Shown one piece after another: positions 41,235-50,380 of a stretch of 64,000 nt of DNA. Both the position numbers and the translations under genes were made by a program. The notes under the pieces are model-generated. The model saw nothing but the letters and a program-made list of their open reading frames with translations, made no database searches and was not told the origin of the DNA. Source of the DNA: an uncultured Gammaproteobacteria bacterium (GTDB taxonomy: Bacteria > Patescibacteriota > Microgenomatia > Levybacterales > UBA12049). Position 1 is the first letter of the stretch, and the number at the start of each line of letters is the position of its first letter. The DNA is taken from positions 69,625 through 133,624 of the forward strand of contig CAZERI010000001.1 of assembly GCA_964515545.1 (NCBI GenBank), written 5' to 3'.

Positions 41235-41573
41235 TCAGACTTCTTGATGCCCTTTCTGTGTTTCATTGCCCTGGCCCTCCTGGACGATAGGCATGAGATA
41301 CGAGATGGTTGTTCTTTTCCCCTCGAGGGGCGGTTTGATCACCAAGGTATGCGTACCCTGGTTGACGAGTTGACGAATTCTGTGGACGGAGAACTCCTCC
41401 ATGTTGAGGACACGTCTGTGTTTACGGCATAACGTATCACCTGACTCAGCGAGTCGGTGACAGCCGTCCTCAAAACAAACGTGTCGCGTAGGATCGAACA
41501 TACGAGAGACTTCCTTCCCTGAACAACGGATAAATAGCGCGATGTGCCTACCAAACACTCTTTCCACTGACAT
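41235..41573 (-). CDS. hypothetical Cys/His-containing ORF (112 aa) in the GC-rich island; may continue by frameshift into ORF 41063..41266
   Basis: HVCFEDGCHRLAESGDTLCRKHRR segment (zinc-finger/HNH-like flavour). Frame ends 1 nt out of phase with the next ORF. Confidence 0.25.
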   Translation of the reverse strand: MSVERVFGRHIALFIRCSGKEVSRMFDPTRHVCFEDGCHRLAESGDTLCRKHRRVLNMEEFSVHRIRQLVNQGTHTLVIKPPLEGKRTTISYLMPIVQEGQGNETQKGHQEV

Positions 41574-41793
41574 CCATAAGTCGTGGAGAAGGAGTGTAAC
41601 CCCAAAAGAATCTCTTTGGGTTGGCTACAGCGCCACGAGAAAAAACATAGTTTTACCCATGACGCCATAGCCAAGACTCTCTCGCAAATGAGAGAGTAAA
41701 GAAATAATAAGTTCACAACAAGCTGTTAAAGGTCTAAAGTTGAGAGCCGTCTCACCCATGCGTAACGGGTGAGCGTATCTCAGCTTTATGTGG

Positions 41794-41802
41794 ATTATAG
41801 CA
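41794..41802 (-). promoter_or_regulatory. extended -10 element (TGCTATAAT on the minus strand) pointing into the GC-rich island
   Basis: Reverse complement of ATTATAGCA at 41794-41802. Confidence 0.3.
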
Positions 41803-41941
41803 CTCATTAATTGAGGCTACCTGACAAAAAAAAGACATGGAAATCCATGCCTGTAGAGTCAATTTTAGCAAAGAGAAATAAAGATTGCAAACTATAGGTT
41901 ATTGATGGGGTAGATTTAAGCTATGCTACAATCGAGCAGCT

Positions 41942-42796
41942 ATGCCGGAACTACCAGAAGTTGAGACTATACGCAAAGGTTTGGAGAAGTATATTGTCGG
42001 TAAAGCGATCGAAGGAGTTGAGGTAAGACGTGAAAAGCTCTTTACAGGGGAGGCCCATGAGGTGATAGGAGCACAAATTGAAGCTGTCAGGCGCTTTGGG
42101 AAAGGCTTAGTCATTGATCTATCAAATGGCTATAGCATTACAGCCCATGTCAAAATGACTGGGCAGTTCGTCTATGTGGGGCAGGAGACAAAGAATCTTC
42201 ATCCTACGTTGGATATCCCGCAGAAATTACCCCATAAGCATACTCATGTTATTGTTACGCTTAGGGATGAGAGTGGAGAAAAGAGCCAGCTTTTTTATAA
42301 TGACATCAGACAGTTTGGCTGGCTGAGAGTGGTTAAGACAAGTGAAGTTAAAAATCAGCCATTCTTTAAGTCGCTTGGCCCGGAGCCTTTTTCAGATTTA
42401 ACGTTGTCGATATTCAAAAAGATCCTCTTGTCATCAAATATGCCCATCAAACCGCTTCTAATGGATCAAGCCAAAATAAGCGGTATTGGCAATATTTATG
42501 CTAATGACGCGCTGTATGCATCCTTCATCGATCCTCGGCGTAAAAGTAATAGATTGGCCGACCACGAGCAACAAAGTCTCTTTACAGCTATTCTAGAGGT
42601 CTTGGAAAGAGCTTTAACATACGGCGGAGCGAGTGAAACCAACTACATCCAGGTAGATGGCGGAAAAGGTGAGTATCAGCATCATTTTTTGGTATACGGC
42701 AAACAAGGAGAAAAGTGTATTCGCTGCGGAACTAGTATTGAGCGAATCAAACAAGGAGGCAGGAGTACGTTTTTCTGTCCCACCTGCCAAAAGTAA
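41942..42796 (+). CDS. mutM: formamidopyrimidine-DNA glycosylase (Fpg/MutM)
   Basis: N-terminal MPELPEVE (catalytic Pro2/Glu3). H2TH. C-terminal zinc finger CIRCG...CPTCQK. Confidence 0.9.
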   Translation: MPELPEVETIRKGLEKYIVGKAIEGVEVRREKLFTGEAHEVIGAQIEAVRRFGKGLVIDLSNGYSITAHVKMTGQFVYVGQETKNLHPTLDIPQKLPHKHTHVIVTLRDESGEKSQLFYNDIRQFGWLRVVKTSEVKNQPFFKSLGPEPFSDLTLSIFKKILLSSNMPIKPLLMDQAKISGIGNIYANDALYASFIDPRRKSNRLADHEQQSLFTAILEVLERALTYGGASETNYIQVDGGKGEYQHHFLVYGKQGEKCIRCGTSIERIKQGGRSTFFCPTCQK

Positions 42797-42859
42797 TTTT
42801 GTCAGGCTATTGTCTGAAAGAAAGTGGTGTGATACGATACAAGATAGACTAATTAGCCT

Positions 42860-43567
42860 ATGACGAGTACCTATCAAGAAAAAATTGTGATGTCTGTTGG
42901 CGGATCTCTCATCGCCACCGATAAAGGAATTAATACTGAATTCCTTAAGGAACTCAATACGTTTCTGAGAAAGCAAATTGCCGAACATCCACACCGGCAA
43001 TTTTTTTTGGTCTCAGGAGGGGGAACCATCGCTCGGCGTTATCGTGATGCAGGAAGGGATGTCGTCGGACATGAGCTGACACGTGATGACTTAGACTATC
43101 TAGGAATCCATGCGACTAAGCTTAATGCTCATCTGATTAGGACAATCTTCCGCGACATCGCTCACCCCTATATCCTCAAACACTATGAAATCATCCGTAA
43201 AGTTACAGAACCCATTGTCGTTGCTGCCGGGTGGAAGCCGGGCTGGTCGACTGATTACTGTGCCTTACTTCTTTGCGAGGACTATGATGTACGGACAGTT
43301 ATTAATATGAGTAATATCAAACAAGTCTATGATAAAGATCCAAAAGCCTTTCCAGATGCGAGGCCGATTGAACATACTAATTGGGCAGATTTTAGAAAGA
43401 TAGTAGGGGATGAATGGATTCCTGGTCTGAACGCTCCTTTTGATCCTATTGCTGCTAAAAAAGCACAAGAGTTAGGTGTTAAAGTAATTGTCCTCCATGG
43501 AGAAGACTTTGCTAACTTAGAGAATTATTTTAACGGGAAAGAGTTCGTCGGCACGGTTATTGAATGA
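42860..43567 (+). CDS. pyrH: UMP kinase, archaeal-type (amino acid kinase family)
   Basis: MSVGGSLIA...FFLVSGGGTIARRY...AAGWKPGWSTD aligns by eye to archaeal UMPK (VVGGGKLARKY / GGTHPGHTTD). Confidence 0.65.
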   Translation: MTSTYQEKIVMSVGGSLIATDKGINTEFLKELNTFLRKQIAEHPHRQFFLVSGGGTIARRYRDAGRDVVGHELTRDDLDYLGIHATKLNAHLIRTIFRDIAHPYILKHYEIIRKVTEPIVVAAGWKPGWSTDYCALLLCEDYDVRTVINMSNIKQVYDKDPKAFPDARPIEHTNWADFRKIVGDEWIPGLNAPFDPIAAKKAQELGVKVIVLHGEDFANLENYFNGKEFVGTVIE

Positions 43568-44631
43568 GTATCACATCACTCTCTCTTCAGCATTTCAGAA
43601 GCTATACGCAGTCTACTTTCCACTTCTCGCCTCAAGTAACGGTAATTATCGGCCCCAACACCGCAGGGAAAAGTAACCTTATTGAAGGAATCAATTTACT
43701 CGCAACGGGAAAAAGTTTTAAGGCAGAAAAAGACCTTCAGATGATCCAATTTGGGGAAAGTATCGGGAGAGTAAAAGGACTTGTGGCTATGGATGGGGAG
43801 AAAGATACCTTAGAAGTGGTAATCGCTGAGGCTCCACAATCACTAACGAGCAGATCTTATACCAAGCGATTTTTAGTTAATAATGTCCCCAAGCGACGTG
43901 TTGATTTTACCGGAAAATTGCCAGCGCTTCTTTTTGTTCCTTCAGATCTGGATATTATTATTAGTTCTCCCTCACAGCGGAGAGACTTTTTAGATATGGT
44001 ATTAGAGATTACTGACAGGCAGTATCGTATCAGTAGTATTGCTTATGATAAAGCCCTTCGTCACCGCAATGCGTTACTAGATGTAGTGAAAGAGACTGGA
44101 ATCCGTAATGAAGAGCAGTTTGTTTATTGGGACCATCTGCTTATTGAGCATGGTAATTATGTAACTAAAAAAAGAGAGGAATTGCTTGTCTATATGAATA
44201 CACAGGAGCATACGCTGCAGGAGTGTCATATTACTTATGATAAAAGTATAGTATCAGCTGAGCGGTTGGAGCATTATAAAGGACCAGAACTCGGGGCTGG
44301 CGTAACCTTAGTTGGGCCTCATAGGGATGATTTTTTTGTTGAGATTACAAAAAGTGGAGAGAAGAGAAATGTTAAGTCGTATGGGTCACGTGGCCAGCAG
44401 CGACTGGTGGTCCTCCAGCTCAAGCTCCTTCAGCTTTCCTATATGGAGCAGGAGCTGGGTGAGAGACCACTCCTCCTTCTGGATGATATTTTTTCTGAAC
44501 TGGATGAGGAGCATATAGCAGATGTCTTAGGTATTGTTGATAGGCAGCAGACTATCCTCACCACAACTCACAAAGAATTTATACAAAGCGGGGTAGGTAA
44601 GAAGGCTGAGGTTATAGAGCTTAGCCTTTAG
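43564..44631 (+). CDS. recF: DNA replication and repair protein RecF
   Basis: GPNTAGKSNLIEGI Walker A. SMC-like signature. LLLLDDIFSELD Walker B. Confidence 0.85.
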   Translation: MSITSLSLQHFRSYTQSTFHFSPQVTVIIGPNTAGKSNLIEGINLLATGKSFKAEKDLQMIQFGESIGRVKGLVAMDGEKDTLEVVIAEAPQSLTSRSYTKRFLVNNVPKRRVDFTGKLPALLFVPSDLDIIISSPSQRRDFLDMVLEITDRQYRISSIAYDKALRHRNALLDVVKETGIRNEEQFVYWDHLLIEHGNYVTKKREELLVYMNTQEHTLQECHITYDKSIVSAERLEHYKGPELGAGVTLVGPHRDDFFVEITKSGEKRNVKSYGSRGQQRLVVLQLKLLQLSYMEQELGERPLLLLDDIFSELDEEHIADVLGIVDRQQTILTTTHKEFIQSGVGKKAEVIELSL

Positions 44632-44806
44632 GAACTTTAAAACCAAAATAGGCAAAAATAACTGTTGCTATAAAGGCAGTTCCCATAATATTGGTAACGT
44701 CAGTATTCTTTGCATAGATCACGGTAAAGGCAGTAGCGATCCATTGCATCACAAGAACTATTGCGACCCACGGGTACTTGCTATAGAAATTAAGAAATTT
44801 ATCCAT
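44621..44806 (-). CDS. small two-TM membrane protein (start MDKFLNFY preferred over upstream start overlapping the kinase gene)
   Basis: KYPWVAIVLVMQWIATAFTVIYAKN...FIATVIFAYFGF. Paralogous to ORF 46325..46477. Confidence 0.4.
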   Translation of the reverse strand: MDKFLNFYSKYPWVAIVLVMQWIATAFTVIYAKNTDVTNIMGTAFIATVIFAYFGFKVPKG

Positions 44807-44813
44807 AAGACTC

Positions 44814-46301
44814 TTAGTTATCGATCTGATTATACTTATTGATGTACCCTTGCACAAGCGTATAAATTGCCGGGTCTACTTCAAGCAGGTATGCTAACCA
44901 ACTATTCAGCCTTTCCATAGCCCTTTCCCGACTAATACGCTTTGCAGAAGGACGGCTGTGAAGAAGAGGAAAAGTCTCTTCTGGATGATGATCAAAAAAG
45001 TATTTAATCTCTTTTTGGAGACTATAGTCATTACTAAGCTCTTTTGAGACCAGACCTAACGTACTAAGCGCCTTGATAAAAATAGCCATTTCTTTAGGAA
45101 TTTTGATCTTATAACTCTTGGTGGTGTTGATTATCTGTAAAAGAAGAGTTGTATAGTCTTTCTTCATGTCTCGAAGGTCCTTTACACTGCCTCCTACAAT
45201 TACTTCAACAGATTCAGCAAAATGATCCGTGACAAGCCGAAGAAATTCATCAATCTCTTTTTGTTCAACGCTTGCAGGAAATGCACTTTGGATCATTTGC
45301 TTAAGATCGGTACTGACAACATCAGCAAAGTAGTAGGTGGCTTCTTTAAAGGAATAGTCGCCTACACTTTTCATAAATCGGATAAGCGAGAGTTGATTGG
45401 CAGGAATCCATTCGCCCATAATTCCGTAGTCAATGAGTGCAATTTTATTCTCAGGAAGGAGGATAATATTCCCGGGATGGAGATCCGCATGGAAAAAGCC
45501 AAAGAAAAAGTATTGGCGAAGAATTTCCTGAGTGAGGTTATGAGTGAAGGCCGTAATATCAACACCATATTCTTTGAGAGAATGATGGTCTAGTCTGCCA
45601 TCCTTAAAACCCCGGAGTACACGACTCAGATGAAATCCCTCAATATACTCCTGGACAAGAATACGTTTCGTTGAGAGCCTCTCATATACTTTGGGAATAA
45701 CGATAATAGGGTTATCTGCCATATTCTTTGCCATACGCTCTGCGTGTTCTGCTTCTATCTGGTAGTCCAATTCCTTAAGTGTCCACTGCTTAAATTCATC
45801 AGCAAATTCACGCCAGGAAAGCCCAGAGATACGGAAAAAGTAATCTGCTAAAAAGGCAAGAACTGTAATAGTGATGAAGTCTGCCTGAACTCTCTCTTCA
45901 ATTCCCGGGCGCATTATCTTAACTGCAACAATGGTGCCATCTTCTAGTTTTGCTGCATGGACCTGTCCAAAAGAACCTGAAGCAAATGGCTCTTTTTGAA
46001 AGTCTTTAAAGATTTTTTCAGGTGCTGCCCCTAGATCAGCCAGGAAGACTTCTTTTACATCTCCATAGGAAAAAGGCTTAACGTTATCTAAAAGGTCGAT
46101 CATATCAAGGGAGTATTCCTTAGGCAGAATATCTACTCGAAGCGCTAATAGTTGCCCAAATTTAATAAATGAACCTCCAGCTTCTTCAAAAAAACGTTTA
46201 ATTACTTTATTTTGGGGAACATGATACAGACCAATCCGCATGAGGAGGTAAAGAAAGGCATATTTGATAATAATGCCACCTATGTAGAAAAAACGCAGCA
46301 T
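44814..46301 (-). CDS. ABC1/UbiB family atypical protein kinase
   Basis: SGSFGQVHAAKLEDGTIVAVKIMRPG (Gly-rich loop plus catalytic Lys), HADLHPGN and DYG-like motifs. Confidence 0.8.
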   Translation of the reverse strand: MLRFFYIGGIIIKYAFLYLLMRIGLYHVPQNKVIKRFFEEAGGSFIKFGQLLALRVDILPKEYSLDMIDLLDNVKPFSYGDVKEVFLADLGAAPEKIFKDFQKEPFASGSFGQVHAAKLEDGTIVAVKIMRPGIEERVQADFITITVLAFLADYFFRISGLSWREFADEFKQWTLKELDYQIEAEHAERMAKNMADNPIIVIPKVYERLSTKRILVQEYIEGFHLSRVLRGFKDGRLDHHSLKEYGVDITAFTHNLTQEILRQYFFFGFFHADLHPGNIILLPENKIALIDYGIMGEWIPANQLSLIRFMKSVGDYSFKEATYYFADVVSTDLKQMIQSAFPASVEQKEIDEFLRLVTDHFAESVEVIVGGSVKDLRDMKKDYTTLLLQIINTTKSYKIKIPKEMAIFIKALSTLGLVSKELSNDYSLQKEIKYFFDHHPEETFPLLHSRPSAKRISRERAMERLNSWLAYLLEVDPAIYTLVQGYINKYNQIDN

Positions 46302-46324
46302 AAAGTATTAGTAGTAATTCTTCG

Positions 46325-46477
46325 TTAGCCGCGGGCAAAGCCTAGGAAAAATAAAATAAGAACCGTAACAGTGGCATAGATATAAATAGTTGCGGGTTCA
46401 ACGATATTAACAAAGAGGACAGCCATGGTAGCGATCCATACTCCGGCAATTGATATACAAACCCAAGGATATCTCAC
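46325..46477 (-). CDS. small membrane ORF paralogous to 44621..44806 (GTG start; shorter ATG start at 46426)
   Basis: Hand translation: (V/M)RYPWVCISIAGVWIATMAVLFVNIVEPATIYIYATVTVLILFFLGFARG. Shared KYPWV...WIAT motif. Confidence 0.3.
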   Translation of the reverse strand: MRYPWVCISIAGVWIATMAVLFVNIVEPATIYIYATVTVLILFFLGFARG

Positions 46478-46531
46478 GGGGCCATTATAGAAGAGAGAAT
46501 CGGTTTATGCAAGGAAAGCAGAAAACTGATG

Positions 46532-46867
46532 TTAATCTTCCTGGGAGTCAGAAGAATTTTTTTTAGGGAAATACTTATCAATAAAGAGAATCCCTGAGCT
46601 TGCAAGGAGCGCAGTCATATCTACTGTGGTTCTTTCTTTATAAAATATATCCTCATGGAGTGTCCGTCTCAGATCTTCAGAATAGGTAGGGGGAATAGCA
46701 GGAGAGTGAGATTCTATAGCTTCTGCTTGCCTAACCTTTCTATCAATATTTCGATCTGCAATGCGGAGAAGCCCCTGATCGCCAAGCCCCATTACACTAA
46801 GGCCCAACGCTATAGCTTGCCTTCTGTTCATGAGAGGGCCTCGAGAAGATGGATCTTTGTCTTTCAC
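46532..46867 (-). CDS. hypothetical protein
   Basis: ORF only. Confidence 0.3.
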   Translation of the reverse strand: MKDKDPSSRGPLMNRRQAIALGLSVMGLGDQGLLRIADRNIDRKVRQAEAIESHSPAIPPTYSEDLRRTLHEDIFYKERTTVDMTALLASSGILFIDKYFPKKNSSDSQED

Positions 46868-46896
46868 AGATGAGTTTATACTCTATTGTTTAACAA

Positions 46897-48003
46897 ATGT
46901 CAAAACCAGCACTTGCATCAATTCGGGAATTATGCGAGAATCTTGAAACGATGTACGAGCCTCATTATCAGATTACCAATAGAATGCTGAAATTTATTGG
47001 CATAATTGAGGCTGCCAAACAGTACATTGATCATGCGCCACTCCTGCCTTATTACGAGAAGAAGTTCCGTGAAGACGCAATGCTTCGTGCTGCCCATCAT
47101 GGCACCCACTTGGAAGGAAATGAACTTAATCTTACTCAGGCAGAGAAAGTGCTTCAGGGAGAAGAGGTAGTTGCTAGACAACGTGATGTTCAGGAGGTAA
47201 TCAATTATCGAAAAGCCATGGAATTTATAGGACAGCTGCATACGGAGGATGCTGCCTGGCGACTTAAAGAAGATGATCTTTTAAAGCTTCATAGTCTAAC
47301 AGTAGACAGAACTCTTGCTCATGAAAAGGTAGGGAAGCTGCGTCAAACCCAGGTCGTAATCAGAAATAGTTTTACAGGTGAAGTATCGTTCCGTCCTCCT
47401 GAAGCAAGTCTTGTCCCCAAGCAAATAGCCGATTTAATTGCGTTTGCGAATACATCATTAGATGAAGATATCCACCCACTGTTGAAATCAGGAGTTGTTC
47501 ATTATGAATTTGTCAGGATACATCCTTTTATTGATGGGAATGGAAGAGTGGGCAGGTGCCTTTCAACACTTTTTCTTTATCAAGGAGGATATGATATCAG
47601 GAAATTTTTTTCTCTTGAGGAATATTTTGATAAACATGCTTCTGATTATTATGCTGCACTTCAAAGTGTTGCCAAAAAAAATGGTGACCAGACTGAGTGG
47701 CTAGAATTCTTCGTAGAATCGCTTGCCGTAGAACTGGTTAAGATAAAAGAAAAGGTTGAGCGAATTTCAGTAGATGCACGATTAAAACAGAAATTAGGAG
47801 GAGCTCCTGTACTTTTAAGTGAGCGCCAGCTTAAAATCATCGAGTACCTGCAGGCAACAGGTTACCTGCAGAATAATGCATTTAAGCAATTATTTCCTTT
47901 TGTTTCTGAGGATACAGTTCTGAACGAACTTAAGAGTCTGATAGAATCAGGAATTATTAAAAAAGTTGGGAAAACTAAGGCTGCCAAATATGTAATGGCA
48001 TAA
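46897..48003 (+). CDS. Fic family protein (AMPylation-type Fic/Doc domain) with C-terminal winged-helix domain
   Basis: Canonical Fic motif HPFIDGNGRVGR. N-terminal THLEGN resembles the inhibitory helix motif. Confidence 0.85.
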   Translation: MSKPALASIRELCENLETMYEPHYQITNRMLKFIGIIEAAKQYIDHAPLLPYYEKKFREDAMLRAAHHGTHLEGNELNLTQAEKVLQGEEVVARQRDVQEVINYRKAMEFIGQLHTEDAAWRLKEDDLLKLHSLTVDRTLAHEKVGKLRQTQVVIRNSFTGEVSFRPPEASLVPKQIADLIAFANTSLDEDIHPLLKSGVVHYEFVRIHPFIDGNGRVGRCLSTLFLYQGGYDIRKFFSLEEYFDKHASDYYAALQSVAKKNGDQTEWLEFFVESLAVELVKIKEKVERISVDARLKQKLGGAPVLLSERQLKIIEYLQATGYLQNNAFKQLFPFVSEDTVLNELKSLIESGIIKKVGKTKAAKYVMA

Positions 48004-48006
48004 TAT

Positions 48007-49758
48007 ATGAATGTTTCAGAATTTGCAGTTTATTTGGATAAATTAGAAGAGACCTCATCTCGCCTTACTCTCATAGACATTTTGTCGGAGATTTTTAAGA
48101 AAATTCATAAAGACGAAATAGATAAAGTAATTTATCTTATGCAAGGGCGAGTGGCTCCTTTTTTCGCACCTATTGAGATGGGTATGGCAGATAAAATGGT
48201 CGCCTCAAGCCTGGCAATTGCCTTTAATGAAGAGAAAGAGGATGTATTAAAAGCCAATACTAAAAAAGGTGATTTAGGACTTGTTGCCTTTGAGCTTCGT
48301 AAAAAGCACCACGAGAAGGCAAAAGAATTATCAATAGATGAAGTCTTTGAGGTCTTACTTACTATTGCTAAGACTTCAGGAGAAGGATCAGTTGAAAAAA
48401 AGACTTCTCAATTCGCCACACTCATCACTCATCTTGATGCCACATCGGTAAAGCATGTGGTAAGAATTGCGCTTGGCAACGCACGGCTTGGAATCGGCGA
48501 TCCGACAGTTCTTGACGGGCTTTCTCTAGCATTTCTTGGAGATAAATCAAAGCGTAGTTTTTTGGAAAAAGCATATAACGAGACCTCAGATATGGGACTA
48601 ATAGGGAAGACACTTATGGATAAAGGGTTATCCGAAGTTGAGAAGCTGACAGTAACGGTGGGACGACCTATCAGATCAGAACTCTGTGAACGCTTACCGA
48701 ATCCAACTAAGGTTTTTGAAAAGATGGGGGATTCTGTCCATGCAACCTATAAATACGATGGCTTTCGAGTCCAGATTCATAAAAATGGTGAAGAAGTAAC
48801 AATGTACTCCCGTAATTTAGAGGATATGACTCACATGTTCCCAGAGTTGATAGAAGCTACTCGAAAGCAAATAAAAGTGAAGACTGCAATCCTTGATACT
48901 GAAGCTATGGCATACCAGCCTGAATCTGAGGAGTTTTTGCCTTTTCAGGAGACGACTAAGAGACGAAGAAAACATAATATCGAAGAAGTTGCTAAGACGT
49001 TACCCTTAAAAGCATTTGTCTTTGATATTCTTTACGCAGATGGGAAGTCACTTATCGATACTCCGCTTATGGAGAGGCGCGAGATCATGCAAAAGATTAT
49101 TCATGGTGATGAAACGCTGATTCCATCTCCGGGAGTAATTCTTCATAAGGCTGAAGATCTCCAAATCATGCTTGATGACGCAATTTCCAAAGGATTAGAA
49201 GGTGTTGTCGTTAAAAAACCTGACTCAGTGTATATCGCAGGAGGGCGTAACTTTAGTTGGGTGAAGCTTAAACGCCACTCAGCTGGTAGTATGAATGACA
49301 CGATTGACTGTGTCATTCTTGGTTATATTTTAGGTCGTGGGAAAAGGACAGAGTTTGGTGCAGGGGCGCTTCTTGTCGGAGTCTATGATGATAAGAACGA
49401 TGAATTTGTTTCAGTAACTCGAATCGGAACAGGATTATCAGATGACGAGTGGCGAAGTATTAAAGAAAAAGCAAAAGGATTAGAAGTATCGCATAAGCCC
49501 GCCCGGGTTAATTCTCGGATTGAACCTTCTGTCTGGCTGAGGCCAGAGATAGTCATAGAAGTCTTGGCAGATGAAATAACGAGAAGTCCCAATCATACTG
49601 CTGGGATGAGGGTCGAAGATGGAAAGGTAATTGATCCAGGATATGCTCTCCGCTTCCCACGGCTTCTCAAGTTCCGTGATAGTGACAAAAAGCCAGAAGA
49701 TGCAACAACAGTGAAAGAGCTTGTAGAGATGTACGATTCACAAGGGAAAAAGGAATAA
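48007..49758 (+). CDS. ATP-dependent DNA ligase (DBD + adenylation + OB domains)
   Basis: Motif I KYDGFR (KxDG) and later ligase motifs (EGVVVK, LKR). 583 aa. Confidence 0.85.
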   Translation: MNVSEFAVYLDKLEETSSRLTLIDILSEIFKKIHKDEIDKVIYLMQGRVAPFFAPIEMGMADKMVASSLAIAFNEEKEDVLKANTKKGDLGLVAFELRKKHHEKAKELSIDEVFEVLLTIAKTSGEGSVEKKTSQFATLITHLDATSVKHVVRIALGNARLGIGDPTVLDGLSLAFLGDKSKRSFLEKAYNETSDMGLIGKTLMDKGLSEVEKLTVTVGRPIRSELCERLPNPTKVFEKMGDSVHATYKYDGFRVQIHKNGEEVTMYSRNLEDMTHMFPELIEATRKQIKVKTAILDTEAMAYQPESEEFLPFQETTKRRRKHNIEEVAKTLPLKAFVFDILYADGKSLIDTPLMERREIMQKIIHGDETLIPSPGVILHKAEDLQIMLDDAISKGLEGVVVKKPDSVYIAGGRNFSWVKLKRHSAGSMNDTIDCVILGYILGRGKRTEFGAGALLVGVYDDKNDEFVSVTRIGTGLSDDEWRSIKEKAKGLEVSHKPARVNSRIEPSVWLRPEIVIEVLADEITRSPNHTAGMRVEDGKVIDPGYALRFPRLLKFRDSDKKPEDATTVKELVEMYDSQGKKE

Positions 49759-50298
49759 CTAGTCGCCAGGATATGGCTCATAATTGCTCTCTTGAGTCTG
49801 GGAAGAAAAACGACTTATTACTGTTCCTAAGCGATCCCGTATCCGAGAGGCGAACGAGAGACTGGCTGGTTCGGATGAAGCTCTCTTCAAAATCTGTTCT
49901 TCTAAAGGGTAATTTACTAAGTTAGGATTTGGGGCTCCTTTAACAAAGTCAGTATAAAGTCGTAAACCTCCAGGAGGTAGATCATCAGGAAGAGTGGCGA
50001 TAAAGGACGTATCGATGACAGAAGGCTCTTCTGTCTTCACGATAGGTTTAGGGGAAGCTTCGGGTTCGGAGGAAGGTATTTCCGTATCTTTAACCACAAG
50101 CGTTCCGTATTGAATATAAGTACCTGAGGGTGCTTCTTTGCCAGGTTTCCAATGGATAACCTGATCAGTCCAATTACTCGGCAGTGGGTCACTTTTTGCA
50201 TCTTGTAATAATTCTGAGGTGGCATCAGGATCTTCCACATGAGTATTTGGGGAGCGGAAATTGATAGCCTCCTCAGGTAGAGCTCTTAAGTCTTCCAT
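49759..50298 (-). CDS. acidic Pro-rich hypothetical protein
   Basis: ORF. Compositional bias. Shares a motif with 13772..13963. Confidence 0.4.
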   Translation of the reverse strand: MEDLRALPEEAINFRSPNTHVEDPDATSELLQDAKSDPLPSNWTDQVIHWKPGKEAPSGTYIQYGTLVVKDTEIPSSEPEASPKPIVKTEEPSVIDTSFIATLPDDLPPGGLRLYTDFVKGAPNPNLVNYPLEEQILKRASSEPASLSFASRIRDRLGTVISRFSSQTQESNYEPYPGD

Positions 50299-50380
50299 AG
50301 GAGATAAGTAAAGTATATAAATACTCTCGTGAAAAGTCCAACTCTTTTTTTATAGATTCTGGGAGTGTAGAATAACTCTC

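Noticed and set aside
40830-41240. Palindromes containing common restriction sites (GATATC, CCCGGG, CGATCG, CTGCAG, AACGTT) considered as a synthetic multiple-cloning-site-like insert
   Set aside because: Any even-length perfect palindrome contains a 6-bp palindromic core that matches some restriction site. No vector backbone features are present, and the context is native genes.
41001-41432. Arg/Ser/Pro-rich overlapping ORFs (41001..41189, 41008..41217, 41033..41290, 41115..41432)
   Set aside because: Low-complexity translations typical of stop-codon-poor GC-rich DNA; mutually overlapping in several frames.
41741-41786. Hairpin resembling group II intron domain V (GAGAGCCGTCTCACCC-ATGCGTAAC-GGGTGAGCGTATCTC with AGC and a GUAA loop)
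   Set aside because: The lower stem pairs poorly with the domain V consensus. No 5' GUGYG, no domain VI bulged A, and no intron-encoded protein were found. More likely it is the 5' hairpin of a minus-strand transcript.
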